Positions 39,001 to 50,160 of a DNA stretch of 64,000 nucleotides are shown here, one piece after another. The stretch comes from Chiloscyllium plagiosum. Taxonomy: Eukaryota. Under the pieces are notes generated by a model. That model was not told where the DNA came from, did no database searches, and saw only the letters and a list, made by a program, of their open reading frames with translations. Location of the stretch: assembly GCF_004010195.1 (NCBI RefSeq), contig NC_057718.1, forward strand, positions 34,497,239-34,561,238, written 5' to 3'. Each line of letters starts with the position of its first letter. Within the stretch, counting starts at the first letter, position 1. A program made the translations under genes and the position numbers.

Positions 39001-39139
39001 GTACCACAATTCCTGCTTTTGTAAAAGGGTAGCAATTTCTGGGTATAATGCAGGACAGAAGCCAGACTTGCAAGGATTCCACCCCCAGAAGACTGCATCT
39101 CAAATTTGGATCTGACGAGCTGTCCTTATGTTTGCATGA

Positions 39140-40420
39140 GATAGGAGCAGAGTAGGCTGTTCAATCAAGATTCTGGATTAGTGGTGCTGGAAGAGCACAG
39201 TAGTTCAGGCAGCATCCAAGGAGCAGTGAAATCGACGTTTCGGGCATAAGCCCTGTTTTTATTCCTGTTTCATTTTGCCCGAAATGTCGATTTCGCTGCT
39301 CCTTGGATGCTGCCTGAACTGCTGTGCTCTTCCAGCACCACTAATCCAGAATCTGGTTTCCAGCATCTGCAGTCATTGTGTTTACCTGTTCAATCAAGAC
39401 TCTTCCTCTCCATTCACATGGCAAATTCATTTGTGTTTCAAATTCTACTTTCTCATCTGTCCCTGAGAAACGTTCACCCCTTGCCTAACAAGTATCTGTC
39501 TACCTCTGCCCTGAAAAATATTCAATGACCTTTCTTTCACTACCTTCTGAGGAAGAGAGTTTCAAAGTTGCACAACCCTCAGGAGCAAAGAAATCTCCTC
39601 ATCGCTGTCCTAAAAAGGCAATTCCTAATTTTTAAAACAGCGTCTCCTAGGTTTGGACTTGGCCACAACAGTAAACATTCTTTCCATGTTCACTTTGTCA
39701 ATATCATTCAGAATCTTATACACATGAAGCAGGTCACTCCTCACCCTGCTAAACTCCAATGGAAACAAGCCAAAGCTACACAATCTCTTCTCACAAGACC
39801 AGAGAAGAGTTATAATAAAGAATGAGGCCATTCAGCCTATTATGTCTGTGCTAGCTGAATAAATGAGTTGCCAATTCTAATCCCACTTCCTGGTACCTAG
39901 AACATGGCTGTGCAGGCTACAGCTCTGGAAGTACATATCTAGATTCCTTTTAATTGAGTTGAGGGTTTCCACCTCAACCACCTAATCAAGCAGTGAATTT
40001 CAGATCCCCAACAGCCTCTGGTGAAAACCAATTTCCTTATGTCTGGACTAATCCTTCTATTAACCGTCTTAAATCTACTAACTGATCTCTCGATGAAGGG
40101 AGACAGGTCTTTCCTGACATTCTACCCAAGTCCTTCATTCATTTTGTTCACTTTGATTATCTTATCCCCTCAGCCTCCTCTATTCCAAGGAAATCAGTCT
40201 GATCCTACCCATCCTTTCCCCATTCCTGTAATTTTCAAACCCTGTCAAAACTCTTGTGAATCTGTCCTGTAAACTCTCTAGAGCAGTTATGTTCTTCTTG
40301 TTAAATGGTGACGAGAAGTGTACTCAAAAATCCAGCTGTTGCCTAAACATTGTCATATATAGTTCCAGCATGACATCCCCACTCTTATAATCAATAGCTG
40401 GGCCAACAATGGAAAGGAAT
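39140..40420 (-). mobile_element. Two adjacent old CR1 3' fragments
   Basis: ORF 39625-39831 LCSFGLFPLEFSRVRSDLLHVYKIL; a second tail starts ~39810 (gaggccattcagcct). Confidence 0.7.
39171..39385 (+). mobile_element. Penelope-derived fold-back mini-element with TSD, nested in a CR1 3' end
   Basis: ~75 bp inverted arms. CTGTTCAATCAAGA at 39157-39170 and 39386-39399. Confidence 0.9.
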
Positions 40421-40755
40421 GAAATACCCAGCACCAAGATTTAGTTGCCACTTGTTCATCTAGGAGAGTTGCTGAAGGGTCTGAGAGACAAAATGCCTAA
40501 AATAAATTTGGCAGAGGTAGGATTCAAATCAACATTTCTTAAGGAACGGGAGCCTTAATCCAGTATGTTAGGTTGCTCAAACATGTTGCTAAACAACCCA
40601 CTCACTCCAAGAATCAATCCAGTAAAGTTCTTCTGAACCACCTCTATAGAAAGCCACTCTTCTGTCCTCACCTCCAATCTCTTTTGAACTTCCCCTCTGG
40701 CATTCCCCTACACTTGAAAAGTCACTGACCTTTGTTGGTGTTTGGTATGTAGCTG

Positions 40756-40935
40756 CACATGCACACGCACACGCACACAGAGACAAACACACACAGACGC
40801 ACACACACAAACACACGCACATACACACACACACACACACGCACAAAAACACACACAGACACACACACATGCACAGGCACACATGCGCGCACACATACAC
40901 AAACACACACACGCGCGCACACACACACAGACAGA
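40756..40935. repeat. Imperfect (CA)n microsatellite
   Basis: ~180 bp of CA/CG/GA alternation. Confidence 0.97.
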
Positions 40936-41044
40936 TAGTCTCAAAATGAGAATAGATTCCAGGAGGAAGGTGAAGTAGAAAATTCCATAACTTTGGGATA
41001 AGATGTGTGTGTGGTGGACGAATAGTATTGGTCAGGACCCCAAA

Positions 41045-41267
41045 GGGCACTCGCTTGCTGTGCTTTAAAATAATACTGCAGGGTCATTAACAGCCACCTA
41101 AGAGAGACAATGAGATGTTCGAAGGACAACATTTCTGATAAAATAGTGTCTCAAAGTACAGCACTGAAATGGCAACCTTGATTCTGTGTGCTTACATAAA
41201 GGTTTAGAAATGATCCTACAACCACTTGGTTCACAAGTAAGAGTTTTAAATCTGTACAGTCACTGAC
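41045..41267 (-). mobile_element. Old Deu-domain-like SINE fragment; related ~38520-38870 (-) and 44370-44600 (+)
   Basis: Degenerate gaggggagtcctgcattg...catggcactctttgaaga...ggaattccccgtctggc blocks. Family name is from recall. Confidence 0.4.
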
Positions 41268-42960
41268 AGGGAAAAAGTGAGGACTGCAGATGCTGGAGGT
41301 CAGAGTCGAGAGTATGGTGCTGGAAAAGCACAGCAGGTCAGGCGGCATCCGAGGAGCAGGACAATCAACCTTTCGGGCATAAGCCCTTTGTCAGGAATGA
41401 GGCTTGTTGGCCAGGACTGAGAAATAAATATGATGGGGGTGGGGTTGGGGGAAGGTAGCTGAGAAACTGATAGATGGATGAAGGTTGGGGAGAAGGTGAT
41501 AGGTCAGAGGGGGCAGTGATGGACAGGTCTGCAGGGCAGTGCTGAGTTGGAGGCTTGGGACTGGGATAATGTGGGGAGAGGGGAAATGAGAAAGCTGTTC
41601 AAATCCACATTGATTCCATGTGGTTGCAGGGTCCAAGGTGGAATATGAGGCGTTCCTCCTGTAGGCATCGCATGTTATTGGTTGGCAGTGGAAGAGGCCC
41701 AGGACCTGGATGTTTTTGACAGAGTGGGAGGGAAGTTGAAGTGGCGGTGGGGTTGGTGGGTGTGGGTGTGGGTGTTCCAGAGATGTTCTCTGAAACGATC
41801 TGCAAGAAGGCATCCTGTCTCCCCGATGTAGAGGAGACCGTATCAGGAGCAACGGATATAGTAGATGACATTAGTAGAGATACAGATAAATTCCTGACAG
41901 ATGTGGAAGGATCCCTTGGAGCCTTGAATGGAGGTGAGGGGAGTGGTGTGGGCGCAGGTTTTGCACTTCCTGCGGTGGCAGGGAAAGGTGCCAGGAGTGG
42001 GTGTGAGCTGGTGGGGGTGTTTGAACCTGACGAGGGAGTCACGGAGGGAAAGGTCTTTTCAGAATGCTGATAGGGATGGGAAGGGGAATATATCTCTGGT
42101 GGTGGAGGATAATGCATTGTATGCGGAGATTGGTGGGGTGGAAGGTGGATTGGTGGGGTTCTGTCCTTGTTGCTTTGGGAGGGGTAGGGTTCAAGGGCAG
42201 TGGTGCATGATATGGAGGAGATGCGCTGGAGGGTATTGTCAACCACTTGGGAAGGGAAGTTATGGTCATGGAAGAAGGAGGCCATCTGGGATTTTCTGAG
42301 ATGGAATTGGTCATCCTGGGAACAGATGTGGTGGAGGCAGAGGAATTGGGAATAAGGAGTGGCATTTTTACAGGAGATGGGGTGGGAGGAGGTGTAGTCT
42401 AGGTAGCTGTGGGAGTCGGTGGGCTTGTACTTTATGTCTGAGGTTAGTAGGTCGCCAGAGACGGTGATGAAGAGGAAGGAGATGGTGCAGGTGAATTTGA
42501 GGTCAGGATGGAAGATGTTGGTAAAGTTGATGAACTGTTCAACCTCCTCATGGGAGCACGAGGTGGCGCCGATACTGTCATTGATCCAATGAAGGAACAG
42601 ATGGGGGGGTGGTGCTGATGTAACTGCGGAAGGTGGACTGTTCCACATATCCGACAAATAGAAAGGTGTAGCTGGGTCCCATGCGGGTGCCCATGGCTAC
42701 CTCTTTGGTTTGGAAGAAGTGGGAGGATTAGAAGGAGAAGTTGTTGAGGGCGAGGACCAGTCTAGCCAGGCGGATGAGGGTGTTGTTGGATGGGTACTGG
42801 TTGGGACAGTGTGAGAGGAAGAAACGGAGGGCTTGGAAACCTTTGACATGGCGGATCAATGTGTACAGGGACTGGATATCCATGGTGAAGATGAGGCATT
42901 GGAGTCTGGGGAAATGATAATCTTGGAGGAGGTGAAGGGCATTGGCAGTCACAAACAAAG
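41268..42960 (-). mobile_element. Penelope-like retroelement: RT plus GIY-YIG pseudogene and terminus
   Basis: IFTMDIQSLYT, LALNNFSF, VAMGTRMGPSY, FLHWINDS (YIDD-equivalent), YKPTDSHSYLDYTSSHP, NVIYYIRCS*YGLLYIGETG..LADRFREH; several frameshifts and stops. Confidence 0.95.
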
Positions 42961-43484
42961 CAGAAAGGTGGTAAAAGATCACTGCTCAAGTGAAGAGCAA
43001 GGACCTACAGCCTAAAGACTGACTTTCCCCTTACAACTGCATAGAAATCACAAAGACTGGTAAATAAATCCTGCTGGACATGAATGAATCAAATGGATCT
43101 AATTCTTATAAATCAAATTGTTTTTCTCCTTAAAGTTGAGAAAGAATATTCAGGTTTGAAGTATAATACTCAAAGGTGAAGAAATGGATTCAAAAATGGA
43201 TAACAAAACTGGAAATGCTCAGATCTTAAATGAAAAATTGAAGACATGAGTACATGCCATGTCTATCAGGATCTGAGCCAGAATGTTAGTATTAATGTTT
43301 CTCATGAACTCATTCATCAAAATTGTAAGATGATCATTAAATAATGGCCATTAAACAATGATCATTACATATTGCACATAGTTTTCTTCCAGACCTGAGG
43401 TGCATGATGAATTACCTTGCACTTACATAAGATATCATGACAAATAGTGACTGGAGCAAATTGCGTCCGAAAGAATGGCTGATA

Positions 43485-44063
43485 CAGTCATTCCTCCATG
43501 GCCGTGAAATCACAAATTGTGAATTCACCTATTCGTGCCAAACAGTAAGTTATCAATCATTCAAAATCTGTGGCAAACCTTGCCTCTACGTGATCACCTC
43601 ACTTATGAGGCAATCTTGCTCATGCTCTCTGACCTGAGCCAGTATGCAGCTCCTGCCCTCAACGCTCCACTAGCAAGATGCTCAGGTGGATGAACAAGTT
43701 GAGGACATCCTCCAGATGGAGGTAGAGGAGGAAGATGCATCATCAGCGGAGAGTGGCTGGGGGGAAGGCACTCCTGCACTGTCCTGCCTCTCCCACACCC
43801 TGTAACCCCAACCGTAACCTCTCCAAACAATGGCTGGACCTGCTACATAGAGCTTTATGCCTTCGTCGGTAAGTTACAATACAGTACAATTGTAATATTT
43901 AACACTTCTTTAGGATATTTTAGTGTTTATTATTTTAACCCCAAAATTAATCTTGGAGTCCAGGAACCTAACCTGATTTTTACAATAAATTATTGAGCAC
44001 CACACTCACAAATTTATCATTCATGAGGTTTCCAGGAATGGAACCCTCCTGGAGGAATGATTT
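43485..44063. mobile_element. Tigger/pogo-like non-autonomous DNA transposon relic
   Basis: TA-CAGTCATTCCTCCA at 43483-43498 and TGGAGGAATGA at 44050-44060 (11-bp perfect inverted match). Confidence 0.55.
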
Positions 44064-44911
44064 ACTTCTATTTCCTGGAAGCCTGTTGTTGTACAGATGT
44101 CATTGTCTTGGCTGTGATTGATATGACCACCACAGGGCAGTACAGTCCCGGACTTGAGATCTGGGATCATCTTGAGCTTTCAGGACTCAGTGCTACACTG
44201 TGTAATATTGTCCCTCGCTGACCAATCTCTGCAGTTAGCATGCTTTAATTGGCCTTTTACACAGACTGAACTCGCACTACAAATGGAAAAGGAAGTAAAT
44301 TTTTATCAAGACTATTTCTGAGAGTCTGGTAGATATGTTACTTGTCTGGGTGTGTGAACAAGCAGAGTTTAAGAATTGGTTTGGTCAATAAATAGAATTC
44401 TCACTCTGAAAAGTGTGGTAGATTGAGGGAGTCCTGCATTGCTAGGTGATATCTCCATGTTTATGTGAATCTAAAATATCACATGGCACTCTTTGAAGAT
44501 GGACAGGGAATTCCCCGTCTGGCTTGCCAATGCTTCTCTCTCAGCTGTTACCATCTTGCAATGAACAAATTGAATCATTTTCCTCTGTGAGAACTCTTCA
44601 ATGTTAATGAGAGCTTAACACAGTAGAAAGCTTGATCATCTTGTGAAGTTTCACTTGGTTGGCTTTGAACATATTGGATGTGTTTGCACCTGTGTAGCTT
44701 AGTACTTTACTTGCTTCTGGCACACTGTGATGTTGGAGTATCTTCTTGATCACCTGTGTTTTGTTGGGTCTGACTTGGCCTTTGGAACCAACTTTTCTAC
44801 ACATGTACGCCCAATGTTCTTAGCTTTGCAAATACCCAGAAAAGCTGGACAGCTTCCAGATAAGTTGCTACAGATTTTGTTGGTTTGGAACATGTTACTG
44901 ATTGTATCCAT

Positions 44912-45372
44912 GATGTGGAGGTGCCGGTGTTGGACAGGGTTGGATAAAGTTAAAAATCAGAGTCGAAAAGTGTGGTGCTGGAAAAGCACAGCTGGTCAGG
45001 CAGCATCCAAAGAGCAGAAAAATTGTAGTTTCAGGCATAAGCCATTCATGAGGAATGTTGGGGGGGGGGAGCTGAGAGATAAATAGGAGAGGGGTGGGGA
45101 TGGAGGGAAGGTAGCTTGGAAAGCGATAGTTGGATGGACCACACAACACAAGGTTATAGTCCAGCAGGTTTATTTGAAAGTACAAACTTTCGGAACGCTG
45201 CTCCTTTGTCAGGTAACTAGTGGGGCAGGATCATAGGGCACTGAATTTAGAGTAAAGTTCTGTGTCCTATGACCCTGCCCACTAGTTACTGACAAAGAAG
45301 CAGTGCTCCGAATGCTTGGATTTTCAAATGAACCTGTTGGACTATAACCTGGTGTTGTGTGATTTTTAACTG
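44912..45372 (-). mobile_element. Fold-back Penelope-derived element (second family) with another Penelope terminus nested at ~44958-45137
   Basis: Inverted arms ~45139-45250 and 45255-45371. ACTGATTGTA(T/G)CCAT at 44897-44911 and 45373-45387. Confidence 0.85.
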
Positions 45373-45756
45373 ACTGATTGTAGCCATAGCATTGGCTTCA
45401 CCTGTGTTGGTGTTGATCTGCAAATGTGGCTTCATACTGTAGCCATCTCTAATAGCCCAATAGTTTGGCCCTATTTCTTATTCAGAAGATCCATCCTGAA
45501 GGCTTTAATTGGTGTAGGGACAATAACAAGCTCAATGATCAGCCCTTTGCTACAGTATCTTTTCTGCATCTTTCTATCAACCACAGAAAGACCACATTGA
45601 TTCTGAGAAGCTCCTCCTTCCCAATGGGAAATAAGATATTCGCACTCTCTCAGGGAATCATCTATTGCTTTGATCTGTAAAATAAAACCACACATGTTGT
45701 TTTAAAAGTTATGATTCACTAAAGGTATCATTGGGTGTCCAGCCCATAACGAAGTA

Positions 45757-45886
45757 GGAGAAAGTGAGGACTGCAGATGCTGGAGAGTCAGAGTCGAAAA
45801 ATGTGGCACTGGAAAAGCACAGCAGGTCAGGCAGCATCTGAGGTGCAGGAGAGTCAATGTTTCAGGCATAAGCCCTTCATCAGGTG
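45757..45886 (-). mobile_element. Penelope terminal fragment with hammerhead-like motif
   Basis: Minus strand CTGATGA-A-GGGC-TTAT-GCCT-GAAA-CATT. Confidence 0.8.
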
Positions 45887-46714
45887 ATGAGGTGACAGTC
45901 TCATGAGTGATCACTGCTGACCAGGTGACAAACTGCCTGGATTTGTAGGAGAATGGAGAACAGAAACATATCAGCCATGATCAAATGGGGGAGCAGATTC
46001 GATGGGCTGAATGGCTTATTTCTGCTCTCACATCTTATGGTCTTATGGTCTAAGGCAAGGCAGGGGTCCTGTGAGCATCAAAGTAGGTGTAAATTGAGTG
46101 AATGCTAAGAGAACAAATGAATAGACCTGAGGTGCAGATTGGTCAAATCTATGAGTCACTGCAACACTGTAATGAGAGTTGCCAATGCGCTCCAAAGTAA
46201 GGCACTGTAGTGGAGAACTGTACTGCAAGTGGTTCATAGATGTGCATGATGATGCAGAGAAGTTAGCACATGTTCGATGTAAGTGTCTGAGGACATGGGA
46301 TGTTTCCACTAGTTCTCCAAGGAGCATGTCTTGGGATGTTGGTGTCGGCTGTCCAAGATAGAGGTCTACAGGAGCTGGAGTCACCAGGTATCCAGCCCAA
46401 CTTTCATGTCAGGAATTCACAGTGTCTAGTTTCTGCCAGAATAGGAGAGTGCATATTAATGATGAAAAATGGAGTAATAATGAGCGAGATGGTGAGCGAT
46501 AATCCTCATTAATAGGCCACTTGTTGTTCACTAGTAAAACATCTCATCTCAAAGTCTGGGACTTAGTTGGAAAATGCTTCTTCTGGCCTCCACATTGAGA
46601 AACGCCTTCACTTGGCATCATGAATTAGCTCCATTAGCTCCCTCTGCTCAGTAATCCTCTTGCTTCTTGTTTATCCTCAATTTATTTTGGTTATGAAACC
46701 ATTTCAAAGCAAAA

Positions 46715-47172
46715 GCTTTGACCTACTGGAAGGATGTTGTGAAACTTGAAAGGTTTCAGAAAAGATTTAGAAGGATGTTGCCAGGGTTGGAGGATTTGAG
46801 CTATAGGGAGAGGCTGGATAGGCTGGGGCTGTTTTCTCTGGAGAGTCAAAGGCTGAGAGGTGACCTTATAGAGGTTTATAAAATCATGAGGGGCATGGAT
46901 AGGGTAAATAGTCAAGGCCTTTTCCCTGGGGTGGGTTTTTTCACACAGAGGGTGGGGTGTGTATGGAATGAGCTGCCAGAGGAAGTGGTAGAGGCTGGTA
47001 CAATTACAACATTTAAAAGGCACCTGAATGGGTATATGAATAGGAAGGGTTTAGAGGAATATGGGTCAAGTGCTGGCAGGTGGGACTAGATTAGGTTAGA
47101 ATATCTGGTCAGCATGGACGAGTTGGACCAAAGGGTCTGTTTCCACGCTGTACATCTCTGATTCTATGACTC
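46715..47172 (+). mobile_element. CR1/HER1-like LINE 3' end
   Basis: ORF 46718-47089 KDVVKLERFQKRFRRMLPGL...RGDLIEVYKIM...VWNELPEEVVEAG; attctatgactc tail. Confidence 0.92.
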
Positions 47173-47781
47173 AATAACATTTTTTTTCCCTGAATGCCGC
47201 TTCCTCTATGTTCATTTTTTTTTCAATGTTCCTCAAATCCAATCTCTTTAACATAACAAATCGTTGCGTGACTTTGAGTCAAATTCTGTAAAACAGCAAG
47301 GAATCTTTTATTCCAATAAATATTCTTCTTTCTAAGAACAGCTCAGCAATGAGGCTGTCACAGTTGAATAGCCTTTCCAGTTCAATGAGGACTGGGCAGT
47401 TAATTTTATCTTAGGAAATCCCCAGGATCGAGGATGACTCACATCCACTCAAGGAAGATGGTGCTTGAAATATCGCGTAGATGAGTTTGGAGTTCGGTGC
47501 TTTCCTCTAAGGCTTTGACTTTCATAGGGAAGTTTCTTACTATAAACAAAATCAGAAATCACTGGAAAAACTCAACAGGTTTGACAGCATCTGTGGAGAG
47601 AAAGCAGAGCAAATGTTTCGGATCCAGTGACCGTTCTTCAGAACACTTCTTGTTATATTTGTTGGTTTCTTGATGAGCCTTTTTGCACAGTCACAAACAT
47701 GAGAGATTCCTAATCACTTTCGAGATACCTTGAGAGTAACCCTAAAGCATTTCAGTTTCCCCTAGAAGTTTCATTACCATA

Positions 47782-48010
47782 GTAGACAAGCAGGAAGCTG
47801 GAAGAACACAGCAAGCCAGGCAGCATCAGGAGGTGCAAAAGTCGACGTTTTGGGTGTAAGCCTTCTTCAGGACTGGGGATGGGTGTGGGGGGGGGGGGGG
47901 GGGGGAGCTGCAGATAAAGGGGTAGGTGAGGGCAGGGTGGTGAAGTGGAGATAGGTGAACACAGGTAGAGGGTATGACCTGGTTGGTCATTGGATGGAAT
48001 GATTCTGAAC
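47782..48010 (-). mobile_element. Penelope 3' fragment (same family as 1-600) with 16-bp TSD
   Basis: AAGTTTCATTACCATA at 47766-47781 and 48011-48026. Minus strand AGTC-CTGAAGA-A-GGCT-TAC-ACCC-AAAA-CGTC-GACT. Internal G19 run. Confidence 0.85.
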
Positions 48011-49296
48011 AAGTTTCATTACCATAACTGAGATCAGACTGAATTATAACCAGCACCTGTAATTCATCACCAGACTAAAAGAAAATCAGAAGTAGGATCA
48101 GAGTGCACAACAGCTTTGATTGAAAGATAAATCCTAATGAGTGTATTTACTGATCAAGTGACTTAAGTAAGTGGGAATTCAATAGAATTTTTCAGCTAAA
48201 ATACTTAATGCTGTGGGTTTTTTTGCAAAACACTGCTTGCCTTTTATTTAGTACACTTGAGTCGGAATGTATCAGGGAAATAGCTCAAAGATGTGAAATG
48301 CAATTATGTCTTATCATATCAGAAATAACGCATCAGTTTTGCAAAGTTATCTATTCTATGCACAGAACAATGATGACTGTCTTATCAGATCTGCATATAT
48401 TGAAATGCGTAAATGCAAATTGTTTCACTGTCTACGCCCTACTACAACCTACCTCAAACCATTTGAACTAGAGATTAGGCTTTATTATGAAAATGACAGC
48501 AAATCTGAAGTAAACAAATAGAAGCTATACAGAGTCTTTTCTGTAGTTTGTAAAGTTGCCCTTGGTCAAGAATACATTGCAAACAGTCAGCAAAGGAAAA
48601 ACTTACTTAATGTATATTCGCAAGGATGGGAGTTGCCAATTTTTTTTCTTGGATAAATTTCCCTTATGCTCCAAGTGTCTCTCCAGCTCAGCTCTCTGCA
48701 ATTTCATTCCATAAGCACCAACTACTTGCCAGTAAAAACAAAAAATGCTGGATATGCTCATCAGGCCTGGCTGCATCTGTGCAGAGAGAAATATAACAGG
48801 ATGATGGTGATGTCATCAGAACTACAATGTTAAGAGTCATCTCCATAGCTATTTTCAGCTTCATTTATAACCTATGAAGACTTTGAAGTGATAAAGGTAA
48901 TCTGGAGCTGATTTTGACCCCTTATTTCCCAGCACTCAACTGGGATGCACAGTCAATTTGATTGCTTTATAATATGCCTTCAACCAATACTACTGGCAAA
49001 CTGAGATACAGATCTAGTGTATCTCGACACATACACTCTCTGAGGTTTCTTGCTCTTTATCGCTAGTGTCGTCAACTCCTCATGTGTTGTAATACTCCTT
49101 TTTTGTCTGTACATAGTACGTTATCACATACAGCTTTTTTATTGTGATTTCTAAACCATATGTCAATTCTCGACTGGTGTTTCGTCTCTTCCGGATGTCA
49201 GAGTCGTGTGATTGGTTGTGTCATCATGATATACATGAACCTCATTATACCACGGGATCATGGCAGATTTCCCAGTTGGGTAACCCCTGGGAACTC

Positions 49297-49416
49297 AGGG
49301 CTCATGCCCAAAACATCGATTCTCCTGTTCCTTGGATGCTGCCTGACCTGATGTGCTTTTCCAGCAACACATTTTCAGCTCTGATCTCCAGCATCTGCAG
49401 TCCTCACTTTCTCCTG
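49297..49416 (+). mobile_element. Penelope terminal fragment
   Basis: gggctcatgcccaaaacatcgattctcctg...ctgcagtcctcactttctcct. Confidence 0.8.
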
Positions 49417-49439
49417 AGGAAGAATACTTACTATTACCT

Positions 49440-50160
49440 TCCCCTCAAACCTTTCCAAACGAAATGTCCATACAGGCCTACATTTGTCCTAGCCCTGATG
49501 TTACACTTTTGTCTCTAGTTTCTCTTCTAGTTTGCATTCACTCTATCCTTTTCCAGTTAACTTTCTCCCTGAGACCTAACTCTTCCTTTTGTTCCACGAA
49601 AATGTTAATGATCCAAGCTCCACTTGTACCTGTCGGAGTCACCGATTTATCTGCCTCAGTGCTGTCCTCCTTTTCAAAACTGCCAACATTATCTTGTCTA
49701 AACAATCCAGTCTCGATCCCTTGCAAGTGATTGTCCTAGCTTTCTCACACAAAAAGGTTTAAACATGTTGTTGCTCATCTTTCCTGTAATCTATGTTTGA
49801 ATTTGTCCAACCTGGTCTCTGCTCTGCTTCAGTGCTGGAACATCACTAATTAAAATCACAAATGGCTGTGATCCGTGGTGTATTTCACATTAACTGTTGC
49901 CCTTGATGTTGTCAATCAAACTATTGACCTTCAACACCTCTCCTCCATTGCCAAGCATTGTTGAGTTGCCTTTGCTTGGTTACCTTCCAATTATAATTCT
50001 CGAGTATCCCGTCCAACAAAGATCTCCCTTGGCCCCTCTTCTTCCTCCAATATAAGCTGCACCTTGGCACAGTAATATGAAGACACATGATCGCATGAGT
50101 GCTGATGAAATCTCCAGGACTCCCCATTTCTCCAGCGCTGTCAGATTTCTTTCAAAGGGT
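49440..50160 (+). mobile_element. Degenerate L2 RT fragment; more L2-like pieces at ~51000-51430, 60340-60640 and 61000-61440
   Basis: caacctggtctctgctctgcttcagtgctggaacatcactaattaaaatcacaaat resembles QSGFR..HSTETALIKVTN. Confidence 0.55.

Noticed and set aside
40589..41050. Cys/Val-rich and His/Thr-rich ORFs
   Set aside because: Translations of the (CA)n microsatellite.
46090..46580. Minus-strand LINE endonuclease remnant (ERIGNSHYSV, SDH-like)
   Set aside because: Too degenerate to call by eye.
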